Positions 26,110 through 38,280 of a stretch of DNA of 64,000 bases are shown in pieces. Location of the stretch: assembly GCA_964016885.1 (NCBI GenBank), contig OZ024742.1, forward strand, positions 119,536,001 through 119,600,000. The letters run 5' to 3'. This stretch comes from Eledone cirrhosa. Taxonomy: Eukaryota. The notes beneath the pieces were generated by a model. It did not search any database. It saw only the letters and a program-made list of their open reading frames with translations, and was not told the origin of the DNA. Each line of letters starts with the position of its first letter. Position 1 is the first letter of the stretch. The translations under genes and the position numbers were made by a program.

Positions 26110-27761
26110 GCTAGTTGTCAATCTTTATATGACTGTCACTTTAGTAGCACCAAGCCATTTGTCTGAACCTGATTTTCACAGCACCTGCTAGACTACAATA
26201 TCTGGGGCCTTCTCAAAAGCTTCCTCAATAATAACAAATACAAAGTAGTGTAGCTTATTTTTAGGTAAAACTTTCTCTTTAGTTATACCATTAGAAAACA
26301 TATATTGTATCTGTGGTTCATTGGCATGTACATAGTTAAACTGATGATTATATTGCAGCTGAACCTAACTTATACAGATACCATTTGTTGAACCTAACTT
26401 ATAAAGATACCTGTTGAAAGCTTCTACCTGAAATGTTAAGCTTACCTTCTTTCTCAGCTTAACATTTATTCTGTGGTTTAAACATTACAAGTTTCTGCAG
26501 ATTCTACTGTTTTACTAACGTGTGTGAACTTGATTAACTACTTTCTTAACTTGTTCCATTAATTTGATCCTCTCATCCACATGGAAGTTGGATATAATTA
26601 AAATTTGATATTTTTTTTTATTTGCTTCAGTTTTTCAATATTTTCTTATTCTATTTAATCTCTTATAGAAATTTGGGCATCGGGAAGGGCACCTGGCTAT
26701 AAATCACTACTTCAAAAAATCCCATCCGACCCTTGCCAGAGGGAAAAGCAAACATAAAAATGATGATGATGAGAAATTTTGGATACTATAATACTTGAAT
26801 TTTACAAACATTAGTAATTTAAATGATTTTGTCATCTGAAACTATGAAGACAGATTAGACATTAGACAACAAATTAGGTTTCTACTTGTGCAACTTTATG
26901 TCATAACATATTACAGTAAATAATCATGTTTCTTAACACTCAATAATATTGTACTTTAACAGTCTTCAGTTAAATATCAATAAAACTTCTCCAAAACAGA
27001 TTTAATAAAGCTGTCTTCATTAATCAATGTAATCTTATATAAATATAAATTAAATTAATATATTTAGTGAGACAACTGAAATTGCTTTGTGAGCAATACA
27101 TTGAACTGTCAACTTATGTGTTGTAGGTTCAAATCCATGGCAAACATTTTTTTTGTATTACTGAGAGAATACTGTAAGTTTATTTTGCTGTTAATAAGAA
27201 GTCCTGTCTGTTTAATTCTACAAAATCATGATATAAGTGCCAATACTATGCAATTCTGAAATCATTGAAAGATAAACTTTATATCAATATTTATTTTAAT
27301 CTAGGAATAATGCAGTATATTACTGGTACTTATTCTTTGTTGATTAGCTCAAAATAAACCTTAGTTGTGCAGACTTACAATCAGTAAATCCATTTCAGCT
27401 ATGATCATACTGTCTTTTCTGTTTAACCTTAGTATATTTAAAAGGACACTATCTAATATCTACTTTATTTTTTAAAATTGATAAGATGTGATATGGGTGA
27501 AATTAAGCAGCTGTTTCTAGCAGCATCTGTGGCCATATAGAGATATTCTTGATGACGCAACTTAACAAATATACTTGAATATAAACCTATCAAAATATAA
27601 GCTGACCCCTTATTTTATGTCTGAGATATGGCAAAATTCCAAACCCATCTATAAACCAAGGCAGCTAATCAACATATTATGCTTAGATGGGATGGTTTTG
27701 AAATTCTCATGAGTATAAAATATATTTATGAAGTTTTAATATTTTTAAAATGTTTTAAGTA

Positions 27762-28192
27762 CCCTTTAGTATTTACATTACTCTATATATACTATTGTAT
27801 TTTTGTGGTAAAGGCTTTATCTTACATTATTATCTCACATAATGAATGGTGTAGGTGAATTGGCAGTATCGGTAGAGGGTCGGACACCATGCTTTCCAGC
27901 ATAGTTACATCCCTTTACGGTCTGAGTTCAAATCCCGTCGAAGTTAACTTTACCTTTCATCCTTATGGGGTCGATAAACTAAAATACCAGTAATGCACTG
28001 GGTAATTGCTGGCCTTGTGCCAAAAGTAGAAACAATTATCTCACATAATATCGAATCTATGAGATTTTGATGTTATTTATTTTGAGAACAATACCTTAAC
28101 GTCAGTATGGGCAGCCAGTTATAGTCGGTTTGAAAAGAAACATGTGAGATAATTCTGGCCGGATATGGCCAATTTAAATGCTAAAGGGTTAA
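27762..28192. mobile_element. piggyBac-like MITE interrupted by a family-1 SINE (about 27853-28036)
   Basis: Same TIRs; the SINE is flanked by TSD ATTATCTCACATAAT, which occurs once in the uninterrupted copy. Confidence 0.85.
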
Positions 28193-29084
28193 AATATAGT
28201 TTTTGCTTCACTACTCCATTACACAATGAGTTTCCATTATGTTAAGTTTCAACAAGTTTCTTCAATTTTTCTTTATCTCTATTCACTCACATGCTGGGTG
28301 TACTTTGAAAGCAAGAGATCAAATAAAAGAACTTTGTATAGCGATTCATAGAGTAGAAGAAGGAGGGAGAGACAGCAAGTGAGAGAGAGGGGAGGCAGAG
28401 CAAGAAAAAGAGAGGGCAAGAGCAAATAGGGAGAGTGGGTGTGAGCAATAAAACACAAGTCAGAAGTAAGATTTCAATCTAATATAAGTTTGGCAGAGAA
28501 AATATTATTAAGTTAGAGAAAAACAGTCGGCATGCATGTATGTGTATGGGATATTTATGTATTAAAAAGTTTGAATTATAAAAAATTGTTGGAAATATTT
28601 TCTAGGGAATGCATAAATAACACTAATGACAATGTAGTAAATGTAGAAAAACAGTGTTTTATTGTAAAATAATCACTCCAGATATTTTAGCACCTCATTT
28701 ACATAGAATTTGAAGATGGTGAAAATCAGCAAAATATTAACCTTGAATATAAGCAGCCCCATTTTACCATTGATTTTTTGTCACATATTTCTTGGCTTAT
28801 ACATGAGTATATATAAGGTATACGTATATTTTAATCGAAAATTAAAATGTTTCTGAGAGAAAACAAACTCAATGTAAACAACAACAAAATTATACATATT
28901 TAGACGTTTATACTATGAATTAAATGTTTTTGGAAATTTACCATACTCTGCTTTTATGTAAATATTAAATGTATAAAAAATTCTTATTTTCACTTTTTGA
29001 AAGACAAATGAATAGTGTCCTTTCTATTTTCAGAACAAAACCAGGAAGATAACTGAAAAAACAAAACAAAACAAAACAAAAATC

Positions 29085-30434
29085 ATGTTTTGTCACCTCT
29101 TTCGTAGACAAAAGAATGTAGAAAAAGTAATAAGAGAACTGCCTCCTATTCCAAAAGAAGTCAAATTATGTTTTAACAGTGATGATTTTGATAATTCCAG
29201 TCATATTTATGAAGAAATTGCAGACGTAGGAAGAGATACTAATGAAAATGTTTGGAAAAAGTCAAACAAAGTTAAACAAAGTGATGCTTTAAAAAATAAA
29301 GATTCTCAAATTTTAAAGGACTTTCTTCCCCAATCTTCTCTGCAAACTAATCCGAAAACTAATCAGAATAAAAAAGAATGTCATGAAATACAATATAAAG
29401 AAATTGATTTTGGTACATCATGTCAGTCAGATGTATATGAGTCTTTTTCAAACAGCATGGATTATGGTGATTATTCAAGGGAACCAGCTTCAACTAAAAA
29501 CACAGAATCTCACACTAATTTGCATGGGTGCTACTGTAAAGAATGTTATGACTCTTATAAATGTAATCTAGAAACCCCCGATTTATTCTCAAATTTGAAA
29601 AGCAAACGGAATGACAAGTTTTCTAATTCAGTAATCTCTCCACACTGCAAATTAACACAGAAAATACCAACTACTGAAAAGACACTTTTTTCTGATGGTT
29701 GTAAATATGAAAAACAGTTTAAAAACCAATGCAAGTGTGATTTCAAAGAATTTGAACAACATAAGAATAGAGTAAGTTCAAATAATGAACTTTCCTTTGT
29801 AGACTTACTAAAGCATGAAGAAATGGATGACAGTAATAGTTGGTGTGAGTATCATATGAATACAGCTAGGGACTATTCTCCAAATAATAACTTCATATTG
29901 AGTAATGTCAAAGAAGAGTCAAGACATGATCCTCATATTGTGCAAATCATTGATCATCAATCTTGCAAAGGAGCAAAAATATGTAAATGTGAAGAAAATA
30001 GCGACTGTGTTTCTTTGACCAGTGTATCAAGTCTGCCATATAATTGCTCACTATCTACATATGTTAGTTACAATGATTCCTCTTCTAACAGAATGAAATC
30101 CATCAGTGATATGGCAACTGTAAATAGTAGTACTTTCAGTTCTCTCTGTATTAATGATGGTGCATTGAGAAAAGCAAATATTTTTCCAAACAGCTATTAT
30201 TGTCATAAACGCTCAAGAACTATACCAGAAGTTGCAAAAAAAGAACAAAAGGAAGAATTTAAAGTATTTGATATAAATATTGCAAATGAACTTTCAGGTA
30301 GAAGTTCTTCAAAATTTCCCAAACAATCAGTAATATCTTCACCATTTGAATATAATGGAAAAGTTCGGAAAAACCAAATACTTAATGACCTGATATATTT
30401 GAATTATGAACAGCTGCAATTAAAGTGTTTGTAG
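29085..30434 (+). CDS. Uncharacterised 449-aa Ser/Asn/Lys/Cys-rich, probably disordered protein with SH3- and SH2-ligand motifs
   Basis: 1350-nt uninterrupted ORF in very AT-rich DNA with no transposon motifs. Splice acceptor CCTTTCTATTTTCAG| at 29033; ATG has A at -3; ATTAAA at 30438 and 30683. The frame is open from the acceptor, so an N-terminal extension is possible. Confidence 0.8.
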   Translation: MFCHLFRRQKNVEKVIRELPPIPKEVKLCFNSDDFDNSSHIYEEIADVGRDTNENVWKKSNKVKQSDALKNKDSQILKDFLPQSSLQTNPKTNQNKKECHEIQYKEIDFGTSCQSDVYESFSNSMDYGDYSREPASTKNTESHTNLHGCYCKECYDSYKCNLETPDLFSNLKSKRNDKFSNSVISPHCKLTQKIPTTEKTLFSDGCKYEKQFKNQCKCDFKEFEQHKNRVSSNNELSFVDLLKHEEMDDSNSWCEYHMNTARDYSPNNNFILSNVKEESRHDPHIVQIIDHQSCKGAKICKCEENSDCVSLTSVSSLPYNCSLSTYVSYNDSSSNRMKSISDMATVNSSTFSSLCINDGALRKANIFPNSYYCHKRSRTIPEVAKKEQKEEFKVFDINIANELSGRSSSKFPKQSVISSPFEYNGKVRKNQILNDLIYLNYEQLQLKCL

Positions 30435-32296
30435 ATCATTAAAGATTTAAATATTATATATAACATTTATATATTTTGTAATACTTTTATGTTATAAAGA
30501 CTGTATATATCTTACCATTTCAAGAAAATTTGAATGTTGATTCTGACTGTGATGATAATCTTTTTTTTTTTGTCTTGTATAATTATGTGATATAATTCAC
30601 CCTGGTGTGATCCTAGACATGATTTTGTAATATTTGATATATTGCAAGTATGTTGTCTAATGAGAAAGAACATTGTATATTGATTAAAATTATAAGCATG
30701 GATAGACACGAAAAATCAGTATAATTAATATAATTAATGCCTTTAGTAGAGTCCACTCTGTTGCAATCAAATCCTGCTGAGGTCAACTTTGCCTTTTATC
30801 CTTTCAAGGTCGATAATAAAGTACCAGTTTAGTACTGGAGTCGATTCTTCCTCTCTCTGGAAGAAATCTGCTGTATGCAGGCCTGCATTCCACAGACTCA
30901 TGTACTCTTAAGGTAATTCTCAGGGAGATTCACTGTGACACATTTTGTGATAAAGATAATCCTTTGAATTACATGTAAGTCATTCTGACAGGCTTCCAAA
31001 GTTTCTGTCTACTCAATTTCATTCACAAGGCTTAGGTCAATCCAAGGCTGTAGTAAATAACACTTTCCCAATGACTGCAAAATGAATTAACTATTTTCCT
31101 CCCCTGCATCCACATACCTTTAGTAGAGCTCACTCTTGCAATCAACCTGACCATATTTTTAGTTTTCAGATAATTTCTTCTTTCTCTTGGAAAAAGTTGT
31201 TGGTTCTATTGTTTTTTGTTTTTTGACGAAGCCAGAAGAAATAAAAATGATGATGATCCAAAATGTGAAGATTTTTACTAAGGAAGGATGCTTCTTTAAT
31301 GAAAAAGTTGATTTATTCAAGTGAAGATCAGATTCATTTTAGGATGTCAGTGATAAAAACATGCACCATGCTAGATTTTTATATGTGATCAAAAGTGCTG
31401 TTTGAGTGGTGACTCTGTCTGTGAAGACCCATCCAACTCTTGCTAGCAGGGAAAACTAATGTTAAATAATATCTCTATCTCCATTAATTAGTAGAAATGT
31501 AGCTGTGCAGATGAGTTTTAATAAGAAACATGCCTAGAGATGTCACCATATCTGTTAAAGTACAGAATATAACTTTGCCTCACAGCATTATTTATTTACA
31601 ATTTTAACTAATTTGGACTCTAGTGTCATCATCATCATCATCATCATCTTCGTTTAACGTCCATCTTCCACGCTAGCATGAGTTATTTTTTTGTCACTCT
31701 TGCATTTGTTTGGCTTTGTTAAGCATTGTTAAACAATGTTAACCTCTTCTTGATACTGGTATGTATGGTCCTGTGACTCTTCATAGAGTTTTAGAGGTGC
31801 AGTATTGACATACAGCGTTTCTTGGACATTTTAAACCTGGCAGAGCCCATTCTTCTCCAGGCCTGAGTACAGCAGATTTCTTCCAGAGAGAGGAAGAATC
31901 GACTCCTGTACTAGACTGGTACTTTACTATCTACCTTGAAAGGATGAAAGACAAAGTTGACCTTGGCGGAATTTGAACTCAGAGGGCAGAGAGTCGGAAC
32001 GATTACCACAAAGCATTCTATCCAACGTTTTAATGACTCTGCCAATCCGTTGCCTGGTATAGTCTTCATTAATTAAAATTGACATGCTGACAACATTAAG
32101 AATAGTACTTATTTCATATATCATCATCATCGTTTTATGTCCATTCTTCCACACTTGCATGGGTTGGATAGGTCCTTCTCAGCACAGCATCTCTCCATTT
32201 GCCACGTTTCTTCATCATCTCCTCCATGAGTCTCAGTGATTTTACCACTTCTGCCCAGGTCTTTCTTGGTCTACCTCTACTGGGGCTTATATATTT

Positions 32297-32333
<37 letters not shown>

Positions 32334-32550
32334 GATTGGTGCTCTGAAATAGCAATGTATACATGAATGTATGTATAGTATATTTGGCAATATACCGTAT
32401 GTTTAATTGCGCTATCATTTTTAAAGTAGTGACTATGTCACTTCTTTTTTCGGCAAAAGAAGGGAGAGAAGCTAACAGAGTCTGTTTCACGCTGTTGGCG
32501 ATCCTCAGAGCAACGTACTCCCTGCCTTTGCCGATGTATACATGAATGTA

Positions 32551-33422
32551 TGAGGTGTGTCAGAAAAGTTCCAGGACTGATGTCACAAAAGATTTATTTC
32601 AAACTCAAACTTCACACTAAGAGTTTTCTCCATCAAAGTAATCTTAGCTCTCTGTAGCGATCAAACTTTTTTCTTCATAATTTCATATACATGTCCTCTG
32701 TTTCAGGTCGTCAAGCAATGAGCACAGAGCAACAAACAAACTTGAAGTTTCTGGTACGGTTGGGGAAAACTCCGCTGCAGCAAGTGTATGGAGATGAGAC
32801 GATGTCACGCTCACATGTTTTTGAGTGGTGCAACAGGTTTAAAGAAGAACTCGAGGACGTGGAAGATGAACCCAGGAGTGAGAGGCCCTCAACAACCAGG
32901 ACTGAGGTCAACCTTGAGCGCATCAGCCAGATGGTGTGTAGCGATCGTCGGCTGACTGTTCGACTGATGGCAAATGAGCTGGGCATGAATCGGGAGAGTG
33001 TCTGGAAGATTTTCACTGAAGATTTGGACATGCAGAAAGTCTGCGCAAAGATGGTGCCAAAACTGCTGAACGATGACCAGAAGTGTCGACGCATGCAAGT
33101 GTGCCAGGACATCCTCGAGCGTCTTGAAACTGAACCAGACTTGCTAGGGACAGTCATCACCGGTGGTGAGTCATGGATCTTCGAGTACGACCCAGAGGGG
33201 ACCCGTTTTGAAGACATGGACGACATCAAAAAGACCGTGACGACGGAACTGAGGGGGATCCCGGAAGGATCCTTCCAGGAGTGCATGCAAGTGTGGCAGA
33301 AAAGGATGGAAAAGTGCATACTCCAGGGGTATTACTTTGAAGGAGCAAACTCTTAGTGTGAAGTTTGGGTTTGAAATAAATCTTTTGTGACATCAGTCCT
33401 GGAACTTTTCTGACACACCTTG
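32551..33422 (+). mobile_element. Internally deleted mariner element (872 bp) with 221-aa ORF 32691-33356
   Basis: TA TSDs at 32549-50 and 33423-24; near-perfect TIRs of about 75 bp; ORF has the HTH region, KMVPKLL and TGGESW, then jumps to the C-terminal GTRFEDMDDIK. Confidence 0.92.
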
Positions 33423-33681
33423 TATGTATAGTATATTTGGCAATATACCGTATAATTAGCTCCTGATTATTACTGGAATTCTATAAGAATCCAGCTTCTA
33501 TAATTTTCGGCGAGTACTCAAGTGGAACTACTGACAAATCAGACATACCAAAACCCCACATCTCATTAATGTATGTTCCCATACCCTACAGAGTGCTTAG
33601 TGAGTGTTGTATTGATAAATTCAAGTTAACTGGAAAATATCTTGTGGCTTTAGCAATATTACAGGTATGAGGCTTCCAGGA

Positions 33682-34070
33682 AATAATTGTTTTTACTTTT
33701 TGGCACAAGGCCAGCAATTATCCCAGTGTATTACTGGTACTTTATTTTATTGACCCCGTAAGGATGAAAGGCAAAGTTAACCTCGGCGGGATTTGAACTC
33801 AGTCCATAAAGGGACGTAACTGTGCTACAAAGCATGGCGTCTGACCCTCTACCGATACTGCCAATCCACCATGGTTTCTAATTTAGGTACCAAACCATCA
33901 AATTTGGGGGTAGGGCAAAGTTGATTGAATCAACTCAGTGCTTGATGGTACTTTATTTTATCGACCTCAGAGAGATGAATGGCAAAGTTTACCTTTAACT
34001 CACTATAAAGTTCGGAACAAACACCACACAGCATTTCATCCGACGCTCTAACAATTCTGCCAATCCAACA
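33682..34070 (-). mobile_element. Two tandem family-1 SINEs (young 33682-33870, older about 33875-34070)
   Basis: Reverse-complement family consensus twice. Confidence 0.8.
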
Positions 34071-34829
34071 CTCTTTGACTTCCAGGAAATAATACAACAT
34101 AAAGAGAAAACCCACTTTTGTTTTAGTGTCTAAATACATTTTTATATTACAATACATATAATGATAATTAGATATAATTTCTTCTTATTGAATAAGATGA
34201 TATAGTTAAGTGAGCAAAATTATATTTTTGTGCAAACATTATTTTGTAGCCAAGAAATTATACATATATATATTTCCAAAAGAAATGTTTTCATTAAAAC
34301 AAGTTAATGAGCTGCTTTATTCTTTTGTTTATTAATGGAGTTTTATTATTGATTTGAGTGATGCATATCAATAATTCTTGTAAATATATGAGAATATTTG
34401 AGTTCCTGCGGGGCAATTTGATCGGATATTGGCCTTTTGGCCAATGGCTTATCATTAGTATCTTTTTAATGTTGTTCTATGTCCATAACAAAGACAGTTA
34501 ACTCTTAATTGCTCTTTCCACTTAAGTGTGGAGGAAGTGTTGATAGACACATTTCGTCACTAATTAGCACCTACCAACTACTAATCAATTGAGCTGGATC
34601 TATAAGTTGCATTCCTGCTGTTATTGCCATTACATTTGCTGCTCATTATGTTTCTAATTCCACACTGCCAACACACAACAAACTCCTCCCAAATTCTTCT
34701 TCTCTACTCCACCAGTCCTACTGCTTTATTTAACTCAACAAAGCAACTTGTCCCTTCCACTACCCTTAATCCATTCATTACCATATTTGTAATGAAAGAC
34801 ACTGTCAATAATTTTCAAATCATTTAAAA

Positions 34830-35800
34830 AATATTCAAGAATTTTGAGGGATTTAGTAATATAACTAACTTTGGAACATAAATTAACAAATGTTCTTGCA
34901 TAACATTATGGAACATAACTTAAGAAAGGATCTTACATACAATTATGATGGAAGCTTTTTAGATAAATATGAACACTTTAAAAACAAACAGCTTTGTATA
35001 ATAGGACCAGCGGCAGTTTGGTATCAGAAGGGTTTAGCTCCCCACCAAATTCTCTTCAGAGATACATCCTAATCTAATGTCTCCTATGTTTCTGATCCTG
35101 ACAACCACTATATTACTCCCTCATCTATTTCTAACACCTGAAAGGTAATGGAGATAATTTTAAATAATCTCCTTCATCCACTTAAGCCTTCCTCTATTTT
35201 CAGCAAATGCCAGTTCATTTCTGTACTACTGGATCTATGGCAGAGCTCTTTTATATCACACCTGTGATCTCTGGCCAGTAAGAAATTTAATGCTGTTTTT
35301 GTCTCAACAAATCAGTTTTGGCATAAACAAATCAAAGTTACCAGCCTGTTATCACCAACTGTTCTTTAATAAAAAAAATGTTTGACTATATTATAGTTTC
35401 TGATTTACAAGTCTCTATCCAACTCTCATTCTATGAACTCTGGTACACTCTGAGGTTTTATAATGTGTTTCCCAAACACTCTCTTCTCTCTATATTAGCA
35501 GTCTATACCCTGTCACTTCTAACAACACATAACTCCTATGCAGATAGTATAACTTCATTCCTTCTTAACTTCTTGCAACATAAGCACCAGCTTCTTGAAC
35601 AGAAACCCTGAAAACATCTTTCAACTGGGGTATGGTAACTTAGTTTTCTTTAATAGCACGAAGATACAGTCCTACTGCTATCAGAGTGGAGTTGGTTACT
35701 CCCACATGGTGGAGTGGCTGTTCCAGCATGTCTCCTTTGCTATCCTCCTGGGCATTGTCTTCTCCACCCTGTCTGCCAGAACCACGAAGCAAACTGACAC
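34830..35800 (+). mobile_element. Possible heavily decayed LINE remnant
   Basis: Near 35600-35670 the frame gives IFQLGYGNLVFFNSTKIQS, resembling the post-YADD segment of LINE RTs; otherwise unreadable. Confidence 0.3.
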
Positions 35801-37479
35801 TTAACTTGCAATGATAGATTTGAATATTCTGCTATCTATGATCTACATCATTCTCTATTGTTAGATCCTAGTTTAATCACTACACATATGAAGGAGATAG
35901 TCTAACACCACATCTGACCTATTCTTTTATTAGTTTTAGTCATTGGACTGTGAACATGTTTGGGAAAAAAACTTTGTTTGATACTTATTTTATTGGAGAA
36001 GGCAAGAAAAATAGTTACAGATTGTTAAAAATAGTAAAAGTAATCTTTGCTGTAAAATCCCACATTGGCCAGAAATTGAGGAGTTAAAAAACCCAGGTGA
36101 TAAATGAGAAGAATTAAGGGAAATGTATTTCTAATAAAAAGATAATTAATAAAGTAAGTAGATTAACTCAAAAGCATTTACATTACTCAATATTTACTAT
36201 TGTGTTTTTGCAGTAAAAGTTTTATTTCATAATTATCTCACATAATATTGAATCTTCGAAATTTTGATATTATTTATTTTGAGAACAATACCTTAAAGTC
36301 GATATGAGTAGCTGGTTACGACCAGTTTGAACAGAAAGAGGTGAGAGAATTCTGGCTGCTTTAAATGCTATAGGGTTAAGAGATGACTAAGGAATTCAGG
36401 GTTTTGAAAGTGGAGAAGGTTGGTATTACAAGCACATAAAATGCTAGCATTTATCAATGCATAATAGAAATATCCATTGCACAGAGAATAGGCTGACAGA
36501 TTATGGAGATGAAATATTAGGATTTAAAAGGCTTTAAAGTTGTTACAGAACATTGTTATTCCTTGAAACATTTTATTGTGTTTTTCTTTATGATCAACAC
36601 TTGTAGCTTGCTCTCATAAAATACTTCCTGCTATTATTGCTAAGTTAATTTTTTTTCTTTAGTAATATTTTACTGCTGCATACATGTAGATTATGATATT
36701 TTCACTGTAAACAACTGTTTTCTTGCTTATTTCATGCTTTATGTTCAACTATATTGGTAGCTTGCGTTATGTAAAATTATTTCGACTCTAAAACAGTTGC
36801 TTTTTCTTGTCAAGTTTTAATATGGCATTCAAGGATGATATTTTCAGTGTAAATGTCTGTCCTAGTCTGATTTCCTGATTACTGGTATTTTCATCTTTAC
36901 TGTTAGCATCTTGTTATAAAATATTCACTCCATAACTAAATTGCTTTTGTAAATTACTTCAGTATTATTATTAAAAGAATATTTTTTTTCTGTTGTTTTA
37001 ATTACAATTCTGTTTAAACAAAATTTCTACTCAACAAATTTCAAATGGATTATATGATGTTTGCAATAAGAAACAGAAAAAGAAAGAAAAAATATTAATT
37101 AATGAAAGTAAGGGAAAGATGGGAAGGTGTGGTAGACATTACACCCTAGTCTAGGTGGTATACCTCAACTGTGGTAGGGTGCTGTAGACTCTCTCCCACA
37201 CTACAGGCAACAGTGCTCCATATTTTTATACTATACATTAAACATTTCAATATACTAAACATTTTTTAAAGGTATTTCTTGCTAAAATATGGTAAATGAA
37301 AGAAAATATTAAGTCAACATATTAAGTGCATTAATCGATCACACCACAAGGGATGCCAGAGCTTCCCTCTAATACTTTTTAAGGCGAGCCAACACACTGG
37401 CAGTGTTATTGTAGGTGATCGTGAGGCTAATACTTTGGAATAGCAAAGCACCCTCATGAGCATCATTAGAATAGCAAAG

Positions 37480-38280
37480 CACCCTCATGGGATACCTTGG
37501 TAAGGCAAACTGCCAACAATGACGAACTTCACTGTCAATGGTCCAGCGCCACCAAACATCTCGAACACCACAGGCTAGAAAAATAATTAGTTGATAATTC
37601 CCAGTTTTAAAATTTTATTCTGGTCGGCTATGGAAACAGTGACCCTCACATTTACTGCAGTATCCAAGATGTGTGAAGGAGTAAAATAGTCATTGACTGT
37701 AGCATTCCAAATGAGACATCTACCTCTTACCCAGGGATAAAGTGTAAGACCATCTGGTCAATTCTAGACAATCCAGCTGGTTCCAGAATTGAGGGGATAT
37801 TTACCCAAGCCATGACTTGCTTAACAATTGAGTTTAGCTTGGTATGGCAAGTAAAACGACCAGTATTCTGGAGGCAAGACAAATCATGGAGACCTGTGGA
37901 GTTTAGGGGCCAACCACAGTGACATTTCAATCACTTGCAGACATCAGCTTCCACTCTGAGTACAATGGAGATGCGGAGCTCATCCAGATTGAGTTGGCCA
38001 TTGGCAGGACATAAACCCAGTATACTGAGCATTTTGCACTCGTGGAAATAATAGATCAGATTGATCAAAGAGACAGTTGAAAGTGTCTCTTGAATGTAAA
38101 TTGTCCCAAACTCACTGCTTCAGTGTATCCTCCTCTGTATCAGGAACTGACAAACATAGCTCCTTCCACTGTAGTAGAGCTTCATGCTTCTCCTTGTTGG
38201 AACTAGCCCATGTTATCCACGAGAAGGGAGCGAGCATGGATGTAGGAAAGAAAGCAGAGAAGTGACAGAAACGAGCTGTA
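37480..38280 (-). mobile_element. CRE-type LINE 3' fragment, CpG-depleted
   Basis: CHCG..LNSTGLHDLSC..TGRF..H..LN.IVKQ....IPSILEPAGLSR.D. Confidence 0.7.

Noticed and set aside
30512-30610. Minus-strand donor (ATG|GTAAG) suggesting an exon
   Set aside because: Frames compatible with the 38797 candidate exon hit stops, and the region fits the 3' UTR of the plus-strand gene
32711-33319. 202-aa minus-strand ORF
   Set aside because: Antisense shadow of the mariner ORF
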